Positions 42,015-53,489 of a stretch of DNA of 64,000 nucleotides are shown one piece after another. Source of the stretch: Sphingobacterium sp. (lineage in GTDB: Bacteria; Bacteroidota; Bacteroidia; Sphingobacteriales; Sphingobacteriaceae); the NCBI GenBank assembly GCA_045629405.1, contig JAZQRD010000118.1:158-64157 (forward strand). Direction: 5' to 3'. Each line of letters begins with the position of its first letter. Positions within the stretch are counted from its first letter, which is position 1. The position numbers and the translations under genes were made by a program. The notes beneath the pieces are model-generated. The model saw only the letters and a program-made list of their open reading frames with translations, was not told the origin of the DNA and did not search any database.

Positions 42015-44333
42015 TTAAAATTTAAAGTTCCAAGTTACAGAAGGTATAACTCCAAACAAGGCTATACGGTAGGCTTCTGTGATGTTAGCATTGTTTTCAT
42101 TTTCTCTAAAATCAATTATATACGCGTTTTTTCGATTATAAGCATTATATAAACCGAATGACCAACTAGAAGTGAATCGTTTGTTCGTCGGTTGAGGTTC
42201 ATAAGTCGCTGACAAATCTAAGCGATGATAGTCTGGCATACGATAGCCATTTCGTTCAGTATAATAAAACATAGTTCTGCCATCAACTTGATATTTGCCA
42301 CTTGGAAAAGTTATCGCATTACCCGTATAATAAACAAAAGTCGCACCCAACGTCCACTTCTTTGTCAAATTATATAAGCCAACCAATGAGATATCATGCG
42401 TTCTATCTTGTCTTGCATTGAACCATTGACCATCATTCAACTGTTCAAATTGTCTTTCACTTTTACCTAATGTATAACTTAACCAACCATTTAATCTACC
42501 CTTGGTTTTTCTCAAATACCACTCCAATCCGTAAGATCTACCTTTACCATACAACAGCTCACCTTCTAAAAAGCGATTGGCTTGCAAGTCTGCACCATTT
42601 CTGAAATCGATTTGGTTGCCCATATGCTTATAATAAGATTCCACAGAAAATTCATATACATTATCACCAAAGTTACGGAAGTATCCTAGTGCTACTTGAT
42701 CTGCATATTGCGGCTTTATGTTCACACTACTTAGTACATACTGATCTGTAGGCAGTGAAGATGTCGTATTAGTCAATTGATGCAAATTTTGTACTACTCT
42801 ATTATAAGATGCTTTTATACTTTGTGACTGATCAAGTATCAAAGACATAGATAATCTTGGCTCCACATTTAGATGATGCTTGATTACTTTTGAACCATAT
42901 TCTTGAGCACTAATAGGCGAACCATCGCTATCATAATTGTAAAAAGTTCCCGGCCCTTGTACCATAAAATCGGTCAAACGTACACCATATATCACGGATA
43001 ACCAATTCGCAGGTTTCCATTCGTGAGACGCATATGCTGCTGCTTCAATCCCATGACGACTCTCAATATTTATACTATTTACAGCAGAATTTGCAGTTGC
43101 ATTTAGACTAGCTGGTGAAACTTCCTGGCGTAATAGATTGAATCCGAATTTCATGGTATTATTGTTATTTCTGTAATACGAGAAATCTTGTTTCAGATTA
43201 AAGTTTTTAATTTTAGATGCAATTACAAAATCACTTTGGTCATTATTAACATTGACATTATATGTAAAATCACTATAAATCAAAGATGTATTACTAAATA
43301 ATTTCTCATTAATGATGTAATTCCATCTACCAGTAGCTGTGGCATTCCCCCAATCAAAACTGAATAAATCACTGTAACCAAGATCATCCTTTCCAAAATA
43401 ACCTGAAAGATAAATTGTACTACGATCATTTAATTTATAATTGACTTTTGCATTTAGGTCGTAGAAATACAGTTTACTTTGATTTACATTATCCTCAGGT
43501 GATAATTTCAGGAACATATCCGCATATGTACGTCTTCCTGATAACATGAAAGAACTTTTATCTTTAACTAAAGGTCCTTCAAGTTTAAGACGTGAAGCGA
43601 TAAGTCCAACACCACCCTCTGCAGCAAACTTCTTGTTGTTGCCATCGACCATGTGAATGTCCATTACCGAGGATATTCTTCCTCCGAATTGTGCTGGAAT
43701 ACCTCCTTTATAAAGTTCTACATCCTTAATAGCATCGGAATTGAAAGTTGAGAAAAATCCTAATAGATGTGAAGCATTATAAACAGTAGCTTCATCCAAT
43801 AAGATAAGATTCTGATCTCCACCACCACCACGTACATAAAAATTTGATGAACCTTCTCCACCTTTAGCTACCCCTGGTAACATTTGAATTGTCTTCAAGA
43901 TATCACGTTCACCAAATAAAACAGGAACATTCTTAATCTCATCCATGGTGAAATTAAGTACGCCCATCTGTGGATCTGTAACATTCTTATTTTTAGGTCT
44001 TCCAGAGATCACAATCTCTTCAATGACATTATCAACAGGTACTAATTCAAAAGTTAAACGCTTTTTTTCATTGGCATTAATAGTCTGGGTTAATGAAGTG
44101 TAGCCAACATAAGATACAGCAAGCTCAACTTCAGCAGTATTTACTTCTATAGAGAAAAAACCATAGTTATTCGTAGAGGTACTAGAGTTAGTGTTCACAA
44201 CTTGAACAGCAGCTCCAATTAACGCTTCACCTGAAGATTTGTCACGAACATAACCGTTTATGCTATACTTTTCTTGAGAAAAGCTAATCAAATGGGTAAA
44301 TAAACCTAAGACTACGAGTATAATTATTCGCAT
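42015..44333 (-). CDS. TonB-dependent receptor
   Basis: N-terminal carboxypeptidase-regulatory-like domain; plug LPGV...VRGG...DQNLILLD; YHRLDLS; terminal WNFKF. Confidence 0.93.
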   Translation of the reverse strand: MRIIILVVLGLFTHLISFSQEKYSINGYVRDKSSGEALIGAAVQVVNTNSSTSTNNYGFFSIEVNTAEVELAVSYVGYTSLTQTINANEKKRLTFELVPVDNVIEEIVISGRPKNKNVTDPQMGVLNFTMDEIKNVPVLFGERDILKTIQMLPGVAKGGEGSSNFYVRGGGGDQNLILLDEATVYNASHLLGFFSTFNSDAIKDVELYKGGIPAQFGGRISSVMDIHMVDGNNKKFAAEGGVGLIASRLKLEGPLVKDKSSFMLSGRRTYADMFLKLSPEDNVNQSKLYFYDLNAKVNYKLNDRSTIYLSGYFGKDDLGYSDLFSFDWGNATATGRWNYIINEKLFSNTSLIYSDFTYNVNVNNDQSDFVIASKIKNFNLKQDFSYYRNNNNTMKFGFNLLRQEVSPASLNATANSAVNSINIESRHGIEAAAYASHEWKPANWLSVIYGVRLTDFMVQGPGTFYNYDSDGSPISAQEYGSKVIKHHLNVEPRLSMSLILDQSQSIKASYNRVVQNLHQLTNTTSSLPTDQYVLSSVNIKPQYADQVALGYFRNFGDNVYEFSVESYYKHMGNQIDFRNGADLQANRFLEGELLYGKGRSYGLEWYLRKTKGRLNGWLSYTLGKSERQFEQLNDGQWFNARQDRTHDISLVGLYNLTKKWTLGATFVYYTGNAITFPSGKYQVDGRTMFYYTERNGYRMPDYHRLDLSATYEPQPTNKRFTSSWSFGLYNAYNRKNAYIIDFRENENNANITEAYRIALFGVIPSVTWNFKF

Positions 44334-44350
44334 AAATAAAATTATAAGTA

Positions 44351-45160
44351 TTAATGTCTAAAATAGTGATCGAAAAAGGCCATTTGGAATTGGATTGATT
44401 GTGCCCAATAATCCCAGTTGTGTTTACCTGGCATACTCAGAAATGTATGTGGTATATTAAGGTACGTCATACGCTTGTGCAATTCCTTATTAACGTCGTA
44501 AAAAAAATCGTCAATACCACAGTCGATAAAATATTGTTGTGAATTAGGCTTGACAAGATGCAACAATTCGACAACCGTATGATTATTCCATTTTTCTTTG
44601 TTCAAAGCGTATTCCCCCAATCGTTTATTAATTTCCCAGTTATTAGGAAATGGTCTAAAGTCTACACCACCTGCAGTACTACCCACAGCACCATATAATT
44701 CCTGATTTCTTAGTCCAATATAAAGTGCCCCATGACCACCCATACTCAATCCAGTGATAGCTCGACCATTACGCTCTTTACATACTGTATATTTTTGCTC
44801 TATGTGATTCACTAGCTCTTTGCTAATAAATGTTTCATATTGATAGTTTTGGTCTTCAAGAATGTCCCAATACCAACTACCATAACCACCATCAGGGCAC
44901 ACGACCATATAATTATAACGATCTACTAACGTTTTGATATATGGCACTTTGTTTACCCAATTAGAATAATCGCCAGAGTAACCATGCAAAAGGTATAAAG
45001 TAGGAAGAACTTTATCAGCGCTGTTATCAGGTTTGATAACCACTGCTTTAATAGACTTATTCATACTGGTTGAAAAAATATTTATCGTGTCTACTTGAGC
45101 GGCCTTCAGTTGCCATTGAAATAAGCTGACAAGTAATAAAGTAAGGATTGTGATACGCAT
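44351..45160 (-). CDS. Secreted alpha/beta hydrolase esterase
   Basis: YLLHG, GLSMGG and GKHNWDYW motifs; signal peptide from ATG 45160. Confidence 0.9.
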   Translation of the reverse strand: MRITILTLLLVSLFQWQLKAAQVDTINIFSTSMNKSIKAVVIKPDNSADKVLPTLYLLHGYSGDYSNWVNKVPYIKTLVDRYNYMVVCPDGGYGSWYWDILEDQNYQYETFISKELVNHIEQKYTVCKERNGRAITGLSMGGHGALYIGLRNQELYGAVGSTAGGVDFRPFPNNWEINKRLGEYALNKEKWNNHTVVELLHLVKPNSQQYFIDCGIDDFFYDVNKELHKRMTYLNIPHTFLSMPGKHNWDYWAQSIQFQMAFFDHYFRH

Positions 45161-45164
45161 ATTA

Positions 45165-46019
45165 TTAAAATTTATATTTGTATAAATAAGCATCTAAACC
45201 TAATGCTCTTTCAGAAATTGTATAAAAGTATCTTTTATTTAGGTCAAAACAAAGTGATTCTCCCTGAGGTTCGATAATATATTGTATTTTTTTATACTTT
45301 TTTGATAGTGCTGTGATAATATCATCATTCAAGTTTCTCTCCCAATAATATATTGAAGTCAGATTTTTAATCATTATATGTCTACCATCTATAGCAATAT
45401 CAGCTGCAGTAGTGAATGTAAAAGGCAAATTTCCAATCGGACTCAAAACCGCTATCTTATCAGTTGGATGTGAAATAGGTAATCTAAAAATAGTAGATTT
45501 AAAATCTCTTTTAGAAAATATATAGATATGCTGATCTACTGGATCTATAATAAACGCTTCCGCGTCTCTCGGCATATCTTCATAACTGAATCTTATCTCT
45601 CTCCATATGGGAACAGTTATAGATTCAGAATGTTCTATAATATCAATTTCAGGTTCAGCAATAATATACATACTCAACACTTCACGATTGCGTAGATTAT
45701 TGCCCATATCCGCTATAACCAGAAAGTTTTTATTATTAAGTTTTAATCTTCCAATCTCCTCAACATCAGTGAACGTAACTCCTGTTACTTCAATAGTTGC
45801 TTTAAAATTGGCATGATCATCCAATAAATAAATAGCAGATTTGTCACCACTATCATTATGTACCCAAAATAAATTTTCTCCGTACGAATATGGCACAATA
45901 CCTGAAATTTCAGAAAGTTGAGCACTTTTAACTTTACCCAATATTATTGGAGTTTGGCAATAAATCAATTCGATACTTAGAGCTAAAATAAAAAATAAAA
46001 TGCTCCAACCTTTTAACAT
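45165..46019 (-). CDS. Secreted hypothetical protein (probable beta-propeller)
   Basis: EISG, WVHNDSG, IADMGNN, DAEA, TAAD and QGES motifs. Confidence 0.75.
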   Translation of the reverse strand: MLKGWSILFFILALSIELIYCQTPIILGKVKSAQLSEISGIVPYSYGENLFWVHNDSGDKSAIYLLDDHANFKATIEVTGVTFTDVEEIGRLKLNNKNFLVIADMGNNLRNREVLSMYIIAEPEIDIIEHSESITVPIWREIRFSYEDMPRDAEAFIIDPVDQHIYIFSKRDFKSTIFRLPISHPTDKIAVLSPIGNLPFTFTTAADIAIDGRHIMIKNLTSIYYWERNLNDDIITALSKKYKKIQYIIEPQGESLCFDLNKRYFYTISERALGLDAYLYKYKF

Positions 46020-46092
46020 GTTTATTTGGTAATATTGTATAAGAAATAATTTAAAAAAAGAATAATACTTGTAAAGTGCTATGTAGTTATTA

Positions 46093-47139
46093 TTAAATAA
46101 TCTTTATTGTAGTTCCATCTTCCAACGGATGCGCTGTACAGATTAGACATTTACCTAGCTCGACTTCCCTATCAGTCAATACTTCATTATAATCCATACG
46201 TACAGAGCCTTTAGTTACTTGTGAAATGCAGGTGCTACACATCCCTGATTTACAGGAATAGGGCAATTTTATTTTTTTCTGTAACCCTACATCCAATATA
46301 CTCTGATTGTATGGCACGTCTAACTCGTGTATTTGGCCATACATATCAAGAAAAACTCGATAACTCGTCATATCCACAATTTCTTCATCACGCTCGTCTT
46401 CATCTTCCTCTTCTTCCGGAAAATAGAATGTTTCTCTTTTTATTTGGTAGTCATCAAACCCCATGCCCAAGAGCGTATAGCGACACATATCCATATAGAA
46501 AACAGGACCACATGTATAAAACACATTTTCTTCGACTTCATTAGCGCTGAAAGTTTTGACTAATTCAATTAAGTAATCTCGATTCAGACGAGCTTTCAAT
46601 AAATTTTTAGCATTAGACCATATAAATTCTATAAAAAGACGAGTTGGGTATTTGGACTGCCAATTTACTAACTCGTCATAAAACACAGTCTGATCCTTTG
46701 ACGAATTACTATATACTAAAATAACTTTAGAATTTGGCTCTTCTATCAACACACTTTTTAGTATAGAAAAAAGTGGTGTGATACCTACTCCGGCAGCAAA
46801 TAAGAATACCGTTCGAACTGCATTCGGATCAGTCTCATAGGTAAAAATACCTTGAGGTCCTAATACATTAATAATATCACCGATCTGCATATCATCATGT
46901 AGAAATCGAGATATCTCACCATTAACTACACGTTTTACAGTTATTTCTAAAGGTTGGTCTATTGCTGGAGAACTGCTAAAAGAATAGGATCTTCGGACTT
47001 CTCGATCGCCAAAATTGAAGCAGAGCGTCAAAAATTGTCCAGGAGAATAAGTTGGATAGTTACCTGATAAATCATCAAATCGAATTGATATATTGTTATT
47101 TGGCTGTGTAATTATATCAGAAATTCTAAATTTATACAT
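46093..47139 (-). CDS. FAD/NAD-binding oxidoreductase with C-terminal 2Fe-2S (PaaE-like)
   Basis: RRSYS, AGVGITP and CGP motifs; CKSGMCSTC...C; likely ATG at 47139. Confidence 0.92.
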   Translation of the reverse strand: MYKFRISDIITQPNNNISIRFDDLSGNYPTYSPGQFLTLCFNFGDREVRRSYSFSSSPAIDQPLEITVKRVVNGEISRFLHDDMQIGDIINVLGPQGIFTYETDPNAVRTVFLFAAGVGITPLFSILKSVLIEEPNSKVILVYSNSSKDQTVFYDELVNWQSKYPTRLFIEFIWSNAKNLLKARLNRDYLIELVKTFSANEVEENVFYTCGPVFYMDMCRYTLLGMGFDDYQIKRETFYFPEEEEDEDERDEEIVDMTSYRVFLDMYGQIHELDVPYNQSILDVGLQKKIKLPYSCKSGMCSTCISQVTKGSVRMDYNEVLTDREVELGKCLICTAHPLEDGTTIKII

Positions 47140-47181
47140 GAAATAAAGATAGTATCTTTTAATCATAATAACTCTAGAAAT

Positions 47182-47215
47182 AAAAAAAACCCAATCCTAA
47201 AAAAGATTGGGTTTT
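47182..47215 (-). terminator. infB operon terminator
   Basis: AAAACCCAATC...GATTGGGTTTT with an A-tract on the left. Confidence 0.8.
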
Positions 47216-47235
47216 GAAATATGAATATGTAAATA

Positions 47236-50200
47236 TTATAACTTACGTTTAACTTCAACTTGTTCGTAAGCTTCAACAATATCACCAACTTGGATATCAT
47301 TAAACTTATCGATGTTTAGACCACATTCATAACCATGTGTAACTTCTTTCACATCATCTTTGAAACGTTTCAACGATGCTAATTTACCAGTATGGATTAC
47401 GACACCATCGCGAATGATACGTATATCATTTTGACGTGTAATTTTTCCACTTGTAACCATACATCCGGCGATAGTACCAACTTTTGTGATTTTGAATGTT
47501 TCGCGAATTTCAACTTCACCGACGATCTTCTCTTCGAACTTAGGAGCTAACATACCTTCCATAGCAGATTTCAATTCGTCAATTGCGTCGTAGATGATAG
47601 AGTACAAACGAACATCAATTTGTTCTGCCTCTGCCAATTTACGTGCATTTTGTGTTGGACGTACTTGGAAACCAATAATGATGGCATCTGAAGCTGATGC
47701 TAATAATACATCTGACTCCGAAATAGCACCTACTGATTTGTGAATAATATTCACTTGAATCTCATCTGTAGACAATTTCAATAATGAATCTGATAATGCC
47801 TCAATAGAACCATCCACGTCACCTTTGACGATAACATTCAATTCTTTGAAGTTACCAATTGCAAGACGACGACCGATCTCATCCAGAGTAATGTGTTTAG
47901 TAGCACGCATACCTTGCTCACGTTGTAATTGTAAACGTTTGTTTGCTACTTGACGAGCTTCAGATTCACTCTCCATTACATAGATCTTATCACCAGCAGT
48001 CGGAGCTCCTGACATACCTAAGATCTGAACAGGTGTAGAAGGGCCAGCTTCTTTCACACGCTCACCTCTTTCATTAGTCAATGCTTTCACTTTACCTGAG
48101 TGCGAACCAGCTAAGATTGCATCACCTACACGTAATGTACCACCTTGAACCATTACTGTTGTCACGATACCGCGACCTTTATCTAAAGCAGCTTCAATAA
48201 CAGAACCTACAGCACGTTTATTTGGATCGGCTTTTAATTCTAATAATTCAGCTTCTAATAATACTTTTTCTAATAATAAATCTACATTTAAACCAGTTTT
48301 ACCAGAGATTTCTTGAGCTTGGTATTTACCACCCCAATCCTCTACTAAAATGTTCATTGCAGATAATTGTTCACGCACTCTATCTGCATTAGCACCAGGC
48401 TTATCTACTTTAGTAAATGCAAATACAATTGGAGCACCGGCTGCTTGCGCATGATTGATAGCTTCTTTTGTTTGAGGCATTACAGCATCATCAGCTGCGA
48501 TTACAATAATAACGATATCTGTAACTTTAGCACCACGAGCACGCATTGCTGTAAAGGCTTCGTGACCAGGAGTATCTAAGAAAGTAATCTTACGACCATC
48601 TTCTAAGTTTACTGCGTATGCACCGATATGCTGCGTAATACCACCTGCTTCGCCTTTAGTTACATTCGCTTTACGAATATAATCTAATAATGAAGTCTTA
48701 CCGTGATCGACGTGACCCATTACTGTAACAATTGGCGCACGATCTACTAAGTTTTCTACGTTATCTAGTTCCTCTAATTCAGCAGTTTCTTCATCTTCTG
48801 GTTTGATAAACTCTACCTTATAACCGAATTCATCTGCAACGATTGTTAGTGTCTCCGCATCTAAACGCTGGTTGATAGACACGAACATACCTAGACTCAT
48901 ACATGTACCGATTACTTCAGTAACTTGAACATCCATAAGGTTAGCTAATTCGTTAGCTGTTACAAATTCAGTTACTTTAAGTACTCTAGACAACATTTGT
49001 TGTTCCATTGCTGCTTCTTCTGCTGAAGTAGCTACATCATCACGTTTTTGACGACGTAATTTGGCACGTTGCGCGAATTTACCAGATTTACCAGCACCAC
49101 TTAAACGAGCAAGTGTAGCTTTGATTTGATCTTGGATTTGCTTTTCTGTTAACTCCTCTTTAGGAGCATCAGCCTGTCTTCCACGATTACGTGGATCGAA
49201 TCTTCCACGACCACCTGGTGTGTTATTGTTGTTATTGTGGTGACCGCCTGGGCGATTGTTGTTATTATTTCTGTTGTCAACGCGAGGACCAGTACCTTGA
49301 GGAGTATTTCCATTTGCACCTCTGTTTTGACCACCTGCATTACCACCTTGTTGGTTGTTTGCATCATTTGGAGAAACAGGAGTACCAGGTTTATGAGTAC
49401 GCTTGCGTTTACGTTTGTTATCTTGATTAGCGTTCGATGATGAAGCTACCGGTTTTTCTTTCGGTTTGAATGTAGGTAATACAATTTTACCGATTACTTT
49501 AGGTCCTTCTAATTTTTCAGAACGTGCACGAATCACTTCGTCTTTTGGGGCTTGTTGTCCTTCTACTTTAGCTGGAGGAACAGTTTGTTTTGGCTCAGGT
49601 TTCACTTCTACCTTTTTATCTTCAACTTTTACTTCTTGTTTAGAAGGCTCAGTTTTTGCAGGAGTAGTTACTTCTTCTTTAGCTTTTTCTACTTTCACTT
49701 CTACTTTTTGAGCCACTACTTCTTTGGGAGCTGGTTTAGTTTGTTCTACTATTGGTGTAGATACTTTTACTTCTTCAACCTTAGGAGCAGGTTTTTCTTC
49801 TACTATTTTTGGAGCAACCTCTACTTTAGGTTCTTCCTTTTTCACTACAACTGGGGTCTCTTTTACTTCGACTTTAGCAGGAGCTACTTCTTCTTTTTTC
49901 TTGTTTTTACTTTTGTTTAGGCTATCTAAATCGATTTTACCCACTACTTTCAAGTGACCTGAAGATGCTTCTTCTGGCTTAGGATCTTGATTAACTGTTT
50001 CTGCTTTAGGCTCAGCTGGAGTAGCTTGGACATTCTTGATTAGAATCTCATCATTAATAGCGCTTTCTTCCTTTTTAGCAGGCACAGATTCCGTAGGCGT
50101 AGCTGCACTTCCTGTTGAAGGCGATTCTTCACGACGAATTTTGCCAATCACAATTTGTTTGGCCTCATCTTTTGCTATCTTATCCCCTTGAAATTCGCGA

Positions 50201-50352
50201 GAAAGAATATTGTACATGTCTGCAGACAGTTTTGTTGTAGGCTTTGCGTCTACTTCGAAACCCTTTTTATTTAAAAAATCTACTGCAGTCCCAATACCAA
50301 TATTGAGCTCTTTTGCTGCTTTAAGTAAGTTTATGCTTTTACCTTCTGTCAT
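47236..50352 (-). CDS. infB: Translation initiation factor IF-2
   Basis: [17 protein letters not shown] and [12 protein letters not shown] motifs. Confidence 0.99.
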   Translation of the reverse strand: MTEGKSINLLKAAKELNIGIGTAVDFLNKKGFEVDAKPTTKLSADMYNILSREFQGDKIAKDEAKQIVIGKIRREESPSTGSAATPTESVPAKKEESAINDEILIKNVQATPAEPKAETVNQDPKPEEASSGHLKVVGKIDLDSLNKSKNKKKEEVAPAKVEVKETPVVVKKEEPKVEVAPKIVEEKPAPKVEEVKVSTPIVEQTKPAPKEVVAQKVEVKVEKAKEEVTTPAKTEPSKQEVKVEDKKVEVKPEPKQTVPPAKVEGQQAPKDEVIRARSEKLEGPKVIGKIVLPTFKPKEKPVASSSNANQDNKRKRKRTHKPGTPVSPNDANNQQGGNAGGQNRGANGNTPQGTGPRVDNRNNNNNRPGGHHNNNNNTPGGRGRFDPRNRGRQADAPKEELTEKQIQDQIKATLARLSGAGKSGKFAQRAKLRRQKRDDVATSAEEAAMEQQMLSRVLKVTEFVTANELANLMDVQVTEVIGTCMSLGMFVSINQRLDAETLTIVADEFGYKVEFIKPEDEETAELEELDNVENLVDRAPIVTVMGHVDHGKTSLLDYIRKANVTKGEAGGITQHIGAYAVNLEDGRKITFLDTPGHEAFTAMRARGAKVTDIVIIVIAADDAVMPQTKEAINHAQAAGAPIVFAFTKVDKPGANADRVREQLSAMNILVEDWGGKYQAQEISGKTGLNVDLLLEKVLLEAELLELKADPNKRAVGSVIEAALDKGRGIVTTVMVQGGTLRVGDAILAGSHSGKVKALTNERGERVKEAGPSTPVQILGMSGAPTAGDKIYVMESESEARQVANKRLQLQREQGMRATKHITLDEIGRRLAIGNFKELNVIVKGDVDGSIEALSDSLLKLSTDEIQVNIIHKSVGAISESDVLLASASDAIIIGFQVRPTQNARKLAEAEQIDVRLYSIIYDAIDELKSAMEGMLAPKFEEKIVGEVEIRETFKITKVGTIAGCMVTSGKITRQNDIRIIRDGVVIHTGKLASLKRFKDDVKEVTHGYECGLNIDKFNDIQVGDIVEAYEQVEVKRKL

Positions 50353-50463
50353 CTATATTTTAACCTCTAAAAATTCTGTTCTTACAAAAATATGTTTTTT
50401 TTAAACGCTTTTAACAAATATTTACATTTTCCTTGCAATTATTTTATTAATACAAACAGGGTT

Positions 50464-51702
50464 CTATTCGAACTCTGCTTGTAAAATGCGTACTAATTCA
50501 TTGATTGTATCTTCTTCTAAATCCGTACGACGAACTAATTCCTCGTGTGTCAAAGATAATACAGATTTTGCACTGTCTAAACCAACACGTTTTAATTCAT
50601 CAATGATCCAGCTATCGATTTCGTCTGCGAATTCTTCGATATCCACATCCTCATCAACTTCGTCATTCTCACGATATACATCAATCTCATAACCTGTCAA
50701 TTTACCTGCCAATTTGATATTGTGACCACCGCGACCGATCGCTAATGAAACCTGATCTGGCTTTAAGTAAACTGCTGCAGTCTTGTTTTCATCATCAATC
50801 TTGATAGATGTAATACGAGCTGGACTTAATGCACGAGTAATATATAACGAATTGTTTGTTGTATAGTTGATAACGTCAATATTCTCGTTACGCAACTCAC
50901 GAACGATACCGTGTATACGTGAACCTTTCATACCCACACATGCTCCTACTGGATCAATACGGTCATCATAAGATTCAACGGCTACTTTAGCACGCTCTCC
51001 TGGCTCACGAACAATTTTCTTGATAGTAATCAAACCATCGAAAATCTCAGGAACCTCTAATTCGAACAAACGCTGTAAAAATTCTGGAGCAGTACGTGAG
51101 ATAATAATCTTAGGATTACTGTTCATCATATCCACTTTAGAAACTACTGCACGAATGCTGTCACCTTTTTTGAAATAATCAGCAGGGATTTGTTCCGTCT
51201 TTGGAAGAATCAATTCATTACTATCTTCGTCTAAGACTAAAATCTCTTTTTTCCAAATTTGGTATACCTCACCAATTACTAATTCACCTTCACGGTCTTT
51301 GTATTTTTTAAATACTTCATCTTTCTCTAATTCCAACACTTTAGACACTAGAGTTTGACGAGCAGCTAGAATAGCACGACGACCAAAACTTTCTAAAGTA
51401 ATTTGTTCGATGTATTCGTCACCAACTTCTAATTCTGGATCGTATTGATGAGCTTCAGCTATTTCAATCTCTAAATCGTCATCTTCTGAAAATCCATCTG
51501 CCATAACAACACGCGTTCTCCAGATTTCTAAGTCACCGTTATCAGGATTAACAATAACGTCTACATTCTCATCTGTACCGAAACGCTTACGGATCATACT
51601 ACGAAATACTTCTTCCAGTACTGTAATTACCGTTGGACGGTCAATATTCTTGAACTCTTTAAACTCTTGGAAAGAGTCAATCAAATTAATATTGCTGCTC
51701 AT
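50464..51702 (-). CDS. nusA: Transcription factor NusA
   Basis: REPGERAKVAV, DPVGACVG and SLAIGRGGHN motifs. Confidence 0.99.
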   Translation of the reverse strand: MSSNINLIDSFQEFKEFKNIDRPTVITVLEEVFRSMIRKRFGTDENVDVIVNPDNGDLEIWRTRVVMADGFSEDDDLEIEIAEAHQYDPELEVGDEYIEQITLESFGRRAILAARQTLVSKVLELEKDEVFKKYKDREGELVIGEVYQIWKKEILVLDEDSNELILPKTEQIPADYFKKGDSIRAVVSKVDMMNSNPKIIISRTAPEFLQRLFELEVPEIFDGLITIKKIVREPGERAKVAVESYDDRIDPVGACVGMKGSRIHGIVRELRNENIDVINYTTNNSLYITRALSPARITSIKIDDENKTAAVYLKPDQVSLAIGRGGHNIKLAGKLTGYEIDVYRENDEVDEDVDIEEFADEIDSWIIDELKRVGLDSAKSVLSLTHEELVRRTDLEEDTINELVRILQAEFE

Positions 51703-51703
51703 T

Positions 51704-52168
51704 TTATTTAAATGAAATTAAAACCTTTGTTTCCTTTATTTGATCCTTAGGAAAAACGACTTCTATTGCTTCAGCCTTTTTGCCCTTTTCTTTTACTATT
51801 TCTTCAATAGTGACATCTGTCTCTGTTGCTGCGATTAATTTACCTTCACGCTTGTCGCCATTTAACAGCTTAACACGCACATCACGACCAATGTTTTTAG
51901 CAAATTGACGCACCAACATTAGGTTAGTGTCAACACCTGGCGAAGATACTTCCAAACGGTAAGCATGCTCGATGACATTTTCTTCTTCTAAATGGAAACC
52001 TACATGTCTACTCACAGCTACACAACTATCAATAGAAATACCTTCATCACCATCTAACAAAACTTCTAAAACATTGTTTTTTAGCATTTTGATGCTAACA
52101 ATGAACAGATCAGGTCTATCGGAAATCTTTTCCTCTACCAACTCTTTTACGCGTTGTTCTACTTGCAT
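51704..52168 (-). CDS. rimP: Ribosome maturation factor RimP
   Basis: YRLEVSSPG motif; first gene of rimP-nusA-infB. Confidence 0.96.
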   Translation of the reverse strand: MQVEQRVKELVEEKISDRPDLFIVSIKMLKNNVLEVLLDGDEGISIDSCVAVSRHVGFHLEEENVIEHAYRLEVSSPGVDTNLMLVRQFAKNIGRDVRVKLLNGDKREGKLIAATETDVTIEEIVKEKGKKAEAIEVVFPKDQIKETKVLISFK

Positions 52169-52185
52169 GCTTTCAATATTGTATT

Positions 52186-52256
52186 AAAAAAGGGGGCATT
52201 AGATGCCCCCTTCCTTCCAGATATTACAAAGATAGTGAATTATTTCGAATATCAAA
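52186..52256 (-). promoter_or_regulatory. rimP promoter plus leader terminator (attenuator)
   Basis: Minus TTTG-N18-TATCTTTG (52256-52227), then AAGGGGGCAT-CTA-ATGCCCCCTT-TTTT before the rimP ATG. Confidence 0.75.
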
Positions 52257-52268
52257 AAAATCAACGTC

Positions 52269-53045
52269 TTATTTTTTAGTTTCTACGACAGCATTGATCG
52301 TTTTTTGCATCTGTGCCATCATTGCAGTCAATGACTCCATAGAAGGCTCATCTTTTACCTCAGGAAATTGCGTAGATATGAAAGCCTTTGCTTTCCATAC
52401 CTCAATAATATCATCCGAGGCTACCCAATAAGGATCGTACAATTTATTGTCAGACGCTAAATGCAGACCTTTATCCTCATGAAATTTATTTGATACGCGC
52501 TTATATACCACACCATCATCCTTAGATATAATTATATAAGTATCTCCAGCTTTTATATCTTGCCAATTCTCCACATACTCACCCACGACTATAGACCCAG
52601 AAGGCAAAGGTAGCATAGAATCACCATTGATCTCAAACGCACGATATGTACCTTGCGTAAACATTGGCAAAGAAAATTTAGGAAGCTCTTTTACATATTC
52701 AGGATCAGCATATCCATTCATATAACCAGCACTTGCTTTGACAGGCACTAATTCAATATTCTCTTTATCGTTGCGATCTACGGTCAGACTAAGTACACGC
52801 ACACTGGAAGTTGTTGTCGAGTTTACAGGCTTCCACTTATCATCAATCGTGTCATGTGTCAATTGATCCATGCTAAGCTGATAATGCTCTGCTATTTTTT
52901 TTAGCAATTCGTATTTTGGCTCTGCTCTACCCTCTTCATAAGCCCCTACTGAAGCACGCTTAATCTCCATTAAATCAGCAAATTGTTGCTGAGTCATTCC
53001 GTTTTTTTTGCGCAAGTATTTTAAGTTCGAAGCTATATTAGACAT
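52269..53045 (-). CDS. XRE-HTH + S24 peptidase repressor (Bacteroidota non-canonical LexA-like)
   Basis: HTH_3 (MTQQQFAD...YEEGRAEP); ASAG cleavage site; GDSM catalytic Ser; YKR catalytic Lys. Confidence 0.9.
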   Translation of the reverse strand: MSNIASNLKYLRKKNGMTQQQFADLMEIKRASVGAYEEGRAEPKYELLKKIAEHYQLSMDQLTHDTIDDKWKPVNSTTTSSVRVLSLTVDRNDKENIELVPVKASAGYMNGYADPEYVKELPKFSLPMFTQGTYRAFEINGDSMLPLPSGSIVVGEYVENWQDIKAGDTYIIISKDDGVVYKRVSNKFHEDKGLHLASDNKLYDPYWVASDDIIEVWKAKAFISTQFPEVKDEPSMESLTAMMAQMQKTINAVVETKK

Positions 53046-53070
53046 ATTTTTTTATCAAATTATTTTTAAA

Positions 53071-53139
53071 TACTAAATTTATTAGTATCATTGTGCCAAT
53101 AAAATTAGCAAACAAAAATAAAAATCCCAAATCATTTAG
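53071..53139. promoter_or_regulatory. Three CTAA-N5-TTAG-type SOS boxes in a divergent promoter
   Basis: TACTAA-ATTTA-TTAGTA (53071-53087); TGCCAA-TAAAA-TTAGCA (53094-53110); CCAA-ATCAT-TTAG (53127-53139). Confidence 0.75.
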
Positions 53140-53144
53140 TAAAA

Positions 53145-53489
53145 ATGACGCAAAAACATATTATTTACATCGCTACAGACGCTAATAGATGGTATTTAGA
53201 GGTTGATTATACCCAAGATATTACTAGCACATCGTATAAGTTAGCACAATCGAATGATAATTGCTCTGCTAACTGCAATAGTATGCTGTCAAGGATTGTG
53301 TTTTTTGAAGAGTTTGATCATATTGAGAAGGCCCTAGCAAGGAAAAAAGAACTATCGCAATACACAAGAATGATGAAAGAAAGACTTATACGTCGCCAAA
53401 ATCCAAATTGGCTGAATCTAGTGTCTGCACAAATTACAAAAAACAATAAGGCTGCTGTATATGCATTCACACATTCAGCAGCCTTATAA
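53145..53489 (+). CDS. Degenerate GIY-YIG nuclease-like protein
   Basis: IIYI N-terminal strand; RIVFFEEF...ALARKKEL...KERLI...NPNW typical of stand-alone GIY-YIG, but YIG, Arg and Glu appear substituted. Confidence 0.75.
   Translation: MTQKHIIYIATDANRWYLEVDYTQDITSTSYKLAQSNDNCSANCNSMLSRIVFFEEFDHIEKALARKKELSQYTRMMKERLIRRQNPNWLNLVSAQITKNNKAAVYAFTHSAAL

Noticed and set aside
49149-49957. Cluster of alternative-frame ORFs within infB
   Set aside because: Shadow ORFs from the low-complexity IF-2 N-terminal linker and codon bias
53082-53099. TGGCAC on the minus strand as a sigma54 promoter for the LexA-like gene
   Set aside because: No TTG/GC at the -12 position; better explained as part of the second SOS box
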